IMG/VR virus record: IMGVR_UViG_3300025168_013778
Coordinates: 360 to 64,359 of that record
Reading direction: 5' to 3' (one strand)
DNA: 64,000 nt
Source: a virus
Taxonomy: Duplodnaviria; Caudoviricetes
Of the stretch, positions 29,820-37,391 are shown in pieces. The position numbers were made by a program, and so were the translations under genes. The notes below the pieces were generated by a model, which saw only the letters and a list, made by a program, of their open reading frames with translations, did not search any database and was not told the origin of the DNA. How positions within the stretch are numbered: the first letter of the stretch is position 1; each line of letters starts with the position of its first letter.

Positions 29820-30786
29820 ATTTATTTATGTAAAATTTAATTGTTTCTGTTAATTCGGTTATAAAATCAGTTTTTGGTTTCCACCGTAATTTATTTTTTA
29901 ATTTATCTGAATTAACCGCGTATCTGTCATCATGGCCAACCCTATCTTCTACAAACGTAACTAAGTTTCTAGAATCAGTCTCATTATTTTTTATGGTGTC
30001 GTATATTTGACATATTTTAGTGACCAAATTAAAGTTTGATATTTCATTGTGAGTACCTATGTTATATTCTTCACCCGATTTTCCATTATGAAATACAACA
30101 TCTAAAGCATCTACATGTTCCTTAACACTCAACCAATCCCTAACATTTTCACCTGTACCATATATAGGTATTGGTCTTTTGGTTACTAAAGATTTTACTA
30201 TGGTCGGTATAAACTTTTCGTCATGTTGATGTGGTCCAAAATTATTAGAACAATGAGTTATATTACAATTTAAATTATATGTTCTATGAAAAGAAAGTGT
30301 AAGTAGGTCTGCACAGGCTTTTGACGCTGCGTAAGGTGAGTTAGGTTTATAAGAAGTAAATTCATAAAAATGAGACTTTTCATTTAAAGGAAGGCTACCA
30401 TAAACTTCATCTGTAGAAACACTTAATAGTCTACAACTGTGTTCTAAACATAAATTAATCATGTTAACAGTACCCATAATATTAGTGTCTATAAAAATGT
30501 CTGGATTTTTTATGGAGTTATCCACGTGTGTTTGAGCGGCTAAATGAAATACACCATCAAAACTATATAACTCAAATAACTTACTAATTATCCTAGTATC
30601 TGTTATATCTTGTTTGTGAAATGTTACATCATCTATCACTTCTTTTAAATTATCTATGTCACCTGCATAATTTAAATTATCTATAATGTGTAAATTATAG
30701 TGGGGGTATTTGTTAACTAGAAATTTAACCAGGTAACTACCAATAAATCCCGCTCCTCCTGTAATTAATATTGTTCTTGATTGCAT
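29797..30786 (-). CDS. rmlB: dTDP-glucose 4,6-dehydratase
   Basis: GGAGFIGS, 'HLAAQTHVDNSI', 'STDEVYG', 'PNSPYAASKA', 'EKFIP', 'DRVGHDDRY'. Confidence 0.93.
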   Translation of the reverse strand: MQSRTILITGGAGFIGSYLVKFLVNKYPHYNLHIIDNLNYAGDIDNLKEVIDDVTFHKQDITDTRIISKLFELYSFDGVFHLAAQTHVDNSIKNPDIFIDTNIMGTVNMINLCLEHSCRLLSVSTDEVYGSLPLNEKSHFYEFTSYKPNSPYAASKACADLLTLSFHRTYNLNCNITHCSNNFGPHQHDEKFIPTIVKSLVTKRPIPIYGTGENVRDWLSVKEHVDALDVVFHNGKSGEEYNIGTHNEISNFNLVTKICQIYDTIKNNETDSRNLVTFVEDRVGHDDRYAVNSDKLKNKLRWKPKTDFITELTETIKFYINKYESNRSI

Positions 30787-30791
30787 GTTTT

Positions 30792-31421
30792 TTATTTTAT
30801 TCCTGTACTACCAAAAGCACCGTCTTGTCTATCAGAAGGGGACAAATTATCTACCTCTGACATAACAGACCAATCTTTATTTAGTATAGGACAAACAACA
30901 CCTTGTGCTACCCTATCACCATGTTCTATGATGTATTTTTCCTTACTTAAGTTTATTAAAATTATTTGTATTTCACCCCTATAGTTACTGTCGACAGTAC
31001 CGGGAGTATTAAGTACCATTACACCTTTTTTAATAGCTAAACCACTTTTAGGTCTTACTTGTAATTCATAACCAAAAGGTATTTCAAAAAATAACCCTGT
31101 AGGAACTAAAGACCTACCCATTGGTTCTATTGTCATAGTTTCTTCTAGATTAGCTCTAAAATCAAAACCACTATCACCTTTATAGATGTACGACGGGTTT
31201 TGGTTTGTACTTTTATTGATGAATTTAACTTCTACTTTAGGCTGACTATCCTCAAAAGCGGAAGAAATGTCCATATTATCTAACTCTTCTATACTTACAC
31301 CTAATGTAGATTCCATGGTTTTTTGAAGTTCTTGTGGTGTAGGCATGTCTCCCTTGTCTAACGTTTGTAGTGTTTGTGCTACATTACGTAAATCTTTTAA
31401 TTTATTTATTAAATCTTTCAT
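30792..31421 (-). CDS. dut: trimeric dUTPase with N-terminal extension
   Basis: 'SGFDF', 'RPKSGLA', 'GTVDSNYRGEI', 'RVAQ', 'GAFGSTG'. Confidence 0.93.
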   Translation of the reverse strand: MKDLINKLKDLRNVAQTLQTLDKGDMPTPQELQKTMESTLGVSIEELDNMDISSAFEDSQPKVEVKFINKSTNQNPSYIYKGDSGFDFRANLEETMTIEPMGRSLVPTGLFFEIPFGYELQVRPKSGLAIKKGVMVLNTPGTVDSNYRGEIQIILINLSKEKYIIEHGDRVAQGVVCPILNKDWSVMSEVDNLSPSDRQDGAFGSTGIK

Positions 31422-31423
31422 TG

Positions 31424-32131
31424 TTAGTTAGTTATTTTTTGTACAAATTTTATTAAAGATAGAACATCTTTTTCACAATAGTTCTTAATCTTTTCTATTT
31501 TATCTTTTTCACTGGATTCATCATTATAGTAAAAAGAATGGAGATTTGCCCCATTTACCTCATTGTCCTTTGGGTTTGGAATCCCTAAAGACGCACACAC
31601 TAACTCTAAAGAAGATAATCCCCTGTAAGAGTTAAAGTTCCAAACTTCTTTAGTATCTAAAACTCTAGACTCCCAAGGCTTTATTTTATAGTTTGGAATA
31701 ATGTCCGGAGTTTTAATTCCATTAATAACCATTCTTTTTCCAATATAAGGTAGGTCAAAGTTTTTTACGTTATGTCCACAAATAAGGAAACCTAACTTAT
31801 CTACTCTATTTAAAAGGGTAAAACACTTAGTTAAAATTTCCTTTTCAGTACCAATAAAACTATCCAACTTAGTCTCTCCATTATCTAAAACAAAACCAAC
31901 AGAGATACAAACTATTTTTCCAAACTCAGCTAGAAGACCAGCACGTTTCATAAACATATCGTCACTTGTCAATTCCGAATCTTCAGGGTATTGTCTTTTA
32001 AAATACTCATAACCACTATCTTCCCAAACTTTATGTAGTTGTGGGGACTGATGATGTAAATCATCTAGGTCATAATAAAGACCTACTGTTTCTATATCTA
32101 GAAATAATAGTTTGTTTATGTTTTCAATCAT
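31424..32131 (-). CDS. 3'-5' exonuclease (DEDDy, related to the PolB exonuclease domain)
   Basis: 'FLDIETV', 'GHNVKNFDLPY', 'YCEKDV'. Confidence 0.85.
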   Translation of the reverse strand: MIENINKLLFLDIETVGLYYDLDDLHHQSPQLHKVWEDSGYEYFKRQYPEDSELTSDDMFMKRAGLLAEFGKIVCISVGFVLDNGETKLDSFIGTEKEILTKCFTLLNRVDKLGFLICGHNVKNFDLPYIGKRMVINGIKTPDIIPNYKIKPWESRVLDTKEVWNFNSYRGLSSLELVCASLGIPNPKDNEVNGANLHSFYYNDESSEKDKIEKIKNYCEKDVLSLIKFVQKITN

Positions 32132-32355
32132 TGTTGGTAATATTTTTTTAATGTTTCTAACTTGCCTTCAGCATCTGTTAATTGTGCCAATGCTTTACTT
32201 GATTCTCCTAAAAAATGTTTTGATGTGTGTTCTCCTATTGCGGTTCCTTTAGTAAAACACATATCTAATGTTAGTAAAGCCTCGTTAATTTCTGCTTCAC
32301 ATTCACTTTTTAATGCATTATATAATCTTTTTTTATGTGTATGTTCTTCTTTCAT
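32128..32355 (-). CDS. hypothetical protein
   Basis: 75 aa with 'AIGEH' motif, in operon. Confidence 0.6.
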   Translation of the reverse strand: MKEEHTHKKRLYNALKSECEAEINEALLTLDMCFTKGTAIGEHTSKHFLGESSKALAQLTDAEGKLETLKKYYQQ

Positions 32356-32585
32356 TGTTTATAATAATTTGGTGTTAATTCTGGGTGTAAAATATCTTCG
32401 TATGGTGCTTTTACTACAGATATAATTTCTGAGTCTCTTGTGTCTTCACTAAGATAGTGTGCAAGTCTTTTATTTGCTTCAAACACAGATTCAGACTCTA
32501 CAACATATTTAAATTTTTTAACTTTTGGAGCACCGTTATTATCGATAACTCCAGTTTCAAATGCTACGATTGCTTGATAGTACAT
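32352..32585 (-). CDS. small protein resembling Bacteroidota DUF4494
   Basis: 'G..K..K..YVVESESVFEANKR' pattern. Confidence 0.45.
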   Translation of the reverse strand: MYYQAIVAFETGVIDNNGAPKVKKFKYVVESESVFEANKRLAHYLSEDTRDSEIISVVKAPYEDILHPELTPNYYKQ

Positions 32586-32589
32586 ATTT

Positions 32590-32769
32590 TTATCCTTTAA
32601 AATTTTCTAATTTATGTGTTCCATCACACATTGGTTGGGATTTACTCTTTCCACACCTACACAACGCATAATTTTCACTAACTGTTACTTTTTCACCACC
32701 TTTTGTTACTGTGGTTTCTCCTTTGACCAAAATTGGTCCATTTTCCATGATGTTAATTTCTACTGACAT
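32590..32769 (-). CDS. CDGSH iron-sulfur (2Fe-2S) domain protein, 59 aa
   Basis: Below the ORF-track cutoff. Manual translation: MSVEINIMENGPILVKGETTVTKGGEKVTVSENYALCRCGKSKSQPMCDGTHKLENFKG (C-x-C-x2-S-x3-P-x-C-D-G-T-H). Confidence 0.92.
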   Translation of the reverse strand: MSVEINIMENGPILVKGETTVTKGGEKVTVSENYALCRCGKSKSQPMCDGTHKLENFKG

Positions 32770-32796
32770 TTTTTTTCTTTTTTTTGTTTTTTATTA

Positions 32797-33042
32797 TTAA
32801 TCCAACAAAACCATATAGGCTTTACTGTTATTTTCTCTAAACCACTCTAAACCTTTTTTCATATCTGAAATGGTTTGTGGTTGTGTCATACCCATTTGTA
32901 ATATTATTTGGGCTCCCATGATAAAATCATACATGGATAACTCTTCTGCGGTTAGTTGGTATTCTTTACCAGAAAAAGCGTTTTTTGCTTTACCCCCTTC
33001 TGGGTATACTTCCCCATCAAACCATTTTGGTAATTTACTCAT
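32797..33042 (-). CDS. hypothetical protein
   Basis: 81-aa ORF in operon. Confidence 0.6.
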   Translation of the reverse strand: MSKLPKWFDGEVYPEGGKAKNAFSGKEYQLTAEELSMYDFIMGAQIILQMGMTQPQTISDMKKGLEWFRENNSKAYMVLLD

Positions 33043-33043
33043 A

Positions 33044-33475
33044 TTACATGTACTCGTTTACTGCTTCGTAAATTAATTCTTGTTCTTCCTCATTAAATTT
33101 ATCTTCACCTTCTAAAAAAGTGGCATCACCACCGTTATCATCACTATATTCTTCCACAATAAATTTATGTTCACCATAAGAACCGTAAGCTTCAAATTTA
33201 AAAGCAAACCATGATTCCCAGTCTTTTTCTACAATTACACTATTTTCGTCACCTTTTTCGTCAGGTCTAATATACGTCATATCATCCAACTGTTCAAATA
33301 TTACTTTTTTATCTTCATCACTGAAATTTTCCTCACCTTCTATGTAAACAAGTTTTCTATCGTCATTCATGTCTTCCATGCTAGTTTTAAATTCTTTTCC
33401 TTTATAACTTCCGTTATATCTGTGATTGCCCTCTTCGTGGGTCTTTACTTTGTCATTAATTACTACTTCTGCCAT
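33044..33475 (-). CDS. highly acidic protein with an internal tandem duplication
   Basis: Two copies of 'GSY...F.......D......EGE..F..E....I.E'. Confidence 0.65.
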   Translation of the reverse strand: MAEVVINDKVKTHEEGNHRYNGSYKGKEFKTSMEDMNDDRKLVYIEGEENFSDEDKKVIFEQLDDMTYIRPDEKGDENSVIVEKDWESWFAFKFEAYGSYGEHKFIVEEYSDDNGGDATFLEGEDKFNEEEQELIYEAVNEYM

Positions 33476-33494
33476 TTTTTTTAATTTTTATTTG

Positions 33495-34718
33495 TTATGC
33501 TTTTTTTATTAGTTCTCTATAGATTTCTGCTCTTCTTTCAGTTACTCGGTCTATATGGTATTTTTGTACTGTTTCGTACAATCTCTCACCCAAATCTTTA
33601 ACTAAAGAAGGGTTATTAATTAATCTTTTAATGTGTTGGTACCACAATTTATGATTTTTAGACTCAGGAACCAATAGAGCGTTTCCTGTGTCGTTTATTG
33701 TCCCACCTTTTTCGTAAGCGTTAATACAATCTATTTGGTAAGGACCAAAGTCTTGAGCTATTAAAGCTTTTTTATGGAACCCAGCCTCAATTACTTTTAA
33801 TTGTGATTTAACTTTATTAAACATATGGTGTTTAAGTGGGGCAAGACTAACATCAAACTTATTGTAATTAGAAGCGTAAGTAGTAATAGGTTTGGTCCAA
33901 ACTCTTCGATATGAAGTATCTGTATCACCATACTCTTCACCAAATTTAAATTTCATTAATACTTGTTTTTGTTCCTCACTTAACCAAGTGTGGTTAGCGG
34001 TAAACAACTGTTCGTACTTATACCAAACCGACTCTTTAGGTGTTATGTCTCTAGTTTTTTGTTGTCCAGTTTTTTCGTCAATCATAGTTACATTTCCACG
34101 AGTATCAAAACCACATAATACAAATTGTGACTCGTCTTTAAATGGGGATAACTTTTGTGAAACACCATTTAGGATTTCTAAATCTGCCATATGTGAAGAA
34201 CCACCTAACCAACCAATTCTAACCCTATCACTAGGTTCTGGATTACGGGTAAATTGTTTTTCGTTAGGGTCTATCGCGTTTTCTAAAACAAACACACTTT
34301 TACAAAACCTTTTTATCTCTTCTGCGAAAATAGGTGTGGTAGTAGTAACATGTTGTGCTCTTTTTAAGTTTTCTACAATCATTTCATCTAGTTTTCTACC
34401 TTTAACTAACATGTAAGCTGGGTGTTCTTTATTGGGTAACCAATAATCGTCTAAATCCATAATTGCTGGGATACCTAATTTATTTATTCCTTCTGAAAGT
34501 TTTTGTGCTAAGTTATAGTCTGGGTGTAGACTTCTATGATAATGTATTAAATCGTATTGTTTTAACCATTCAGGGTCGTCTAATTTAGGTTCATAATCAA
34601 TATCAACCCAAAACTCATCTGGATATAATTTTTGTAAACATAAATGTGGGTCTACTGAGCGGAATTTGGAAACACCGGTTCTATCACTCGGTATTACTAG
34701 GATTTTGTATTTAGCCAT
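33495..34718 (-). CDS. glycosyltransferase, GT4-like
   Basis: 'MDLDDYW', 'IGWLGGSSH..DL', 'FNKVKSQLKVIEAG'; likely start MAKYK at 34718. Confidence 0.8.
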   Translation of the reverse strand: MAKYKILVIPSDRTGVSKFRSVDPHLCLQKLYPDEFWVDIDYEPKLDDPEWLKQYDLIHYHRSLHPDYNLAQKLSEGINKLGIPAIMDLDDYWLPNKEHPAYMLVKGRKLDEMIVENLKRAQHVTTTTPIFAEEIKRFCKSVFVLENAIDPNEKQFTRNPEPSDRVRIGWLGGSSHMADLEILNGVSQKLSPFKDESQFVLCGFDTRGNVTMIDEKTGQQKTRDITPKESVWYKYEQLFTANHTWLSEEQKQVLMKFKFGEEYGDTDTSYRRVWTKPITTYASNYNKFDVSLAPLKHHMFNKVKSQLKVIEAGFHKKALIAQDFGPYQIDCINAYEKGGTINDTGNALLVPESKNHKLWYQHIKRLINNPSLVKDLGERLYETVQKYHIDRVTERRAEIYRELIKKA

Positions 34719-34770
34719 AAAATTAATTTCTTTTATGAAAAAGTACAAATAATAAAGTAATTAGTCAATT

Positions 34771-34797
34771 AAAAAAGGGGAGACAATGCTCCCCTTT
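34771..34797 (-). terminator. intrinsic terminator
   Basis: AAAGGGGAG-acaatg-CTCCCCTTT hairpin with a T run on the minus strand after ORF 34822. Confidence 0.8.
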
Positions 34798-34821
34798 AAC
34801 TAAAAAATATAATATTTTTTT

Positions 34822-35535
34822 TTATTTCTTTTTAACAGTCTTAACTTTCTTAATGTTTCCTAAAAATATTTTGTTACCAACACGAAGTTGTAAATTCTCA
34901 TTAATGTTACTTTCTTCTATATTAATTCCATTTTCGGTAATTACTTCTTGGACACATTCTTTTATTACTTCTTTTAATGACTGATAATCTAAACCTGTGT
35001 TAAAATTTTCACTAATTACTGGTATAGGTGAGTCTTCTACTTTTTGTTTAGGTGGGATGTAGTTTCCTCTTTGTGGTGGAGGTGGTGGTGACACACTGTT
35101 ATTGGAGGCAGACCTCATAGCACCAACACTAAACTCATCCGACTTCATTTTTTCACTAACTTTGTTTATAAAATCATCATTTAACGTTGCTCCACCAGCT
35201 GATGCCGGGTCCTGAATAGGATTATCAATCATAAGTTTTTTAATTTCAGGTGGTAAATTAGATTTATTTATCCTTTCCTCGTTTAAACCAGCATGTGGTT
35301 TCATGTTGATAGGTTTTGGCATAGAAGTGGTTGGTGGTGCACTTGAGGGGGAATTGGTTATATTGTCAGGAATATTGTATGTGGCCCTAGGTGTTTTAAA
35401 TTCTTTTATCGGATTTTTTTGTATTGTAGTTGATGTTTCCGTTGATTGAAGTGTGTTTTTAGAAACATTTAGTTTGTCGTGAGACATAAAACGTTTCGCG
35501 TTTAATAATGATTGTTGTAGTTTGTTATTGTCCAT
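34822..35535 (-). CDS. hypothetical Pro-rich protein, possibly head internal or scaffold-like
   Basis: Low complexity; LNE/ISE/ITE/INE motifs. Confidence 0.55.
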   Translation of the reverse strand: MDNNKLQQSLLNAKRFMSHDKLNVSKNTLQSTETSTTIQKNPIKEFKTPRATYNIPDNITNSPSSAPPTTSMPKPINMKPHAGLNEERINKSNLPPEIKKLMIDNPIQDPASAGGATLNDDFINKVSEKMKSDEFSVGAMRSASNNSVSPPPPPQRGNYIPPKQKVEDSPIPVISENFNTGLDYQSLKEVIKECVQEVITENGINIEESNINENLQLRVGNKIFLGNIKKVKTVKKK

Positions 35536-35538
35536 ATT

Positions 35539-35907
35539 TTAAAATTTTGCTATACACCATACTTGGTTCATGCTTTTATCGCCATTCGGATTAAAGTTAG
35601 GTCTAACCTCATCAAAAGTATCTAGTGTTTGGTCAAAATTTGTTATTCTATCTAATCTAAAAAATCTCCACCCAGGAATTCTTTGTGGGGTATCTGAGGC
35701 ACCTTCTCTTTGCCATGCACGTAAAACAGGATTATTTCTTTTAGTAGTACCAGCGGCAACTGGTTCGATAGTTCGCCAACCTGGGTCTAGAGTAGTGTCA
35801 CCTTGATAATAAATACTAGTTACAAATCTACCTTTGATGGCTCTACAGGCGTCGTCTCTGTTAGCGACCTCCAATAATAACGTTTTTAAAGTATTATTTA
35901 ATTTCAC
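35539..35907 (-). CDS. stand-alone WYL-domain protein
   Basis: 'IYY.......RTIEP........LRAW..........WRFFRLDRI' WYL signature; no HTH. Confidence 0.75.
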   Translation of the reverse strand: MKLNNTLKTLLLEVANRDDACRAIKGRFVTSIYYQGDTTLDPGWRTIEPVAAGTTKRNNPVLRAWQREGASDTPQRIPGWRFFRLDRITNFDQTLDTFDEVRPNFNPNGDKSMNQVWCIAKF

Positions 35908-35921
35908 AATAACTTTTTTTA

Positions 35922-36233
35922 TTAAGGTGTAAGACCTACAGAGTTAGTATTGTCGTCAGATACACTAATATACTGTTCTTTAAAATTAAAAGTATTTGTT
36001 TTAATAAGGTCTTTTCTTGTTAAATTATCAGTCTTTGTTCCTGTCTCTTGGTCATGGACACCTAAGAAGTTAGCATTACCTCTACCTTTTTCATCTCCAT
36101 CACCCATAGCATTCGGATGTTGTGGTCCGTAAACGTCTTTATCAGGGGCGTAAGTATTTCTTGGAAAAAGTTTATCTCTTTCCGATGTTGCGATATCTGT
36201 TAGTCTTTGACCAGCTGGTTCTTGTTGTGCCAT
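35922..36233 (-). CDS. hypothetical protein
   Basis: 103-aa ORF in late-type operon. Confidence 0.6.
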   Translation of the reverse strand: MAQQEPAGQRLTDIATSERDKLFPRNTYAPDKDVYGPQHPNAMGDGDEKGRGNANFLGVHDQETGTKTDNLTRKDLIKTNTFNFKEQYISVSDDNTNSVGLTP

Positions 36234-36244
36234 TTCTTTTTATT

Positions 36245-36688
36245 TTATAAATAGTTTATGATTTGATTTATTTTATCTATTTGTTCTCTTAAATCCACAT
36301 TAGGGTCCGGTACATTTACATTTGTTGGATTGGACCCGGTTTTTTCATGTTCTTTATAATGTGTATTAGCTAACCCACCTCTCATTTTATTTTTTTTAGT
36401 AGAAGCTTCTCCACTTCTAGTTTGTTCTTCCATCTTATGGAAAATTTTTTTACCGTAATCTCCACCAGTTAATTTGTAAGGCCAAGTACCTTTTTCTTCG
36501 TTTCTAAAAAAATTATTTATTTTTTTTAAAAGTTCTAAACTTATAATTGGTCTTTTAACCATGTTAATTGCCCTTTCATACCCTTTAGTTGTTTTTGGTC
36601 CAGTAAAATCATTAAGTGCTAATTTTATCTTTTCCATACATTTTGTAGGGACCTTAAACTCTTTACCTTTTAAGTTAGTATCAGGCAT
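36245..36688 (-). CDS. hypothetical basic protein
   Basis: 147 aa; C-terminal 'LREQIDKINQII' resembles the 'LNEEIKRIKSLM' leader of DeoC. Confidence 0.6.
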   Translation of the reverse strand: MPDTNLKGKEFKVPTKCMEKIKLALNDFTGPKTTKGYERAINMVKRPIISLELLKKINNFFRNEEKGTWPYKLTGGDYGKKIFHKMEEQTRSGEASTKKNKMRGGLANTHYKEHEKTGSNPTNVNVPDPNVDLREQIDKINQIINYL

Positions 36689-37341
36689 TATTTAAGATTT
36701 TTAAAGTAATCTATTGGGTTTATTCCATCGGCTTTACACGCTTCTTTAAATTTTTTACCCATTTTATCTAAAATAGGGTTAGCACTATATAAATCCATTT
36801 CACCGTCAGATTGAAGTCCGTTATCTTTAGTTTTTTTATCTACAATAACTTCTAAAACATCTCTCATTTTTTTTCTTGAATTATCTTTTATTAGAAATTC
36901 TGTTTCATCTGGATTTTCTAAATCCTTACCATAATCAACCGAAGCTTTATGTTTGGCTTTATCTTCAGAGTAACCTCTATCTTCTAAATCTTGTACTACT
37001 TCATCCGCGGTCATCAAATCAAAATCTTCCACCTCACCAACGGCAGGACCAACATATGCTTCATTTCTTTCAACTGATTCACCCCAATATCTTTTATAAT
37101 AGTAACCATACCCACTTCCTTTTTGGGCACCAGTTTTAACAACATCATCACTAGTACTCCTACTAACTTTGTTTGTTTTGTTAATTCCTAGTGGGATTTT
37201 AGAGTTTAATAATGCCCCATCAAAGTCCACCAACTCATCCAACTCTTCCTCGTCTTCATTATGTTGTAATCCTTCCCATTCTTCATGAGTTACATCCTTA
37301 TGAGTGTCATCACACGAGCCTTTATGTTTTAACTTTTTCAT
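36688..37341 (-). CDS. hypothetical acidic protein
   Basis: 217 aa; first gene after a TATTTATA motif. Confidence 0.6.
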   Translation of the reverse strand: MKKLKHKGSCDDTHKDVTHEEWEGLQHNEDEEELDELVDFDGALLNSKIPLGINKTNKVSRSTSDDVVKTGAQKGSGYGYYYKRYWGESVERNEAYVGPAVGEVEDFDLMTADEVVQDLEDRGYSEDKAKHKASVDYGKDLENPDETEFLIKDNSRKKMRDVLEVIVDKKTKDNGLQSDGEMDLYSANPILDKMGKKFKEACKADGINPIDYFKNLK

Positions 37342-37354
37342 CTTTTCTTTTTAT

Positions 37355-37387
37355 TATAAATATTATTCACATCCATAAATATTTATA
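37355..37387. promoter_or_regulatory. divergent pair of candidate late promoters (TATTTATA on each coding strand)
   Basis: TATAAATA at 37355-37362 serves the minus gene; TATTTATA at 37380-37387 serves the plus gene; located at the main strand switch. Confidence 0.6.
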
Positions 37388-37391
37388 AACT

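Noticed and set aside
7485-30786. Bacterial O-antigen or capsule locus (host chromosome or contamination)
   Set aside because: It is contiguous and co-oriented with phage sigma, PhoH and dUTPase, has similar composition, and no wzx, wzy, wzz or initiating transferase is visible.
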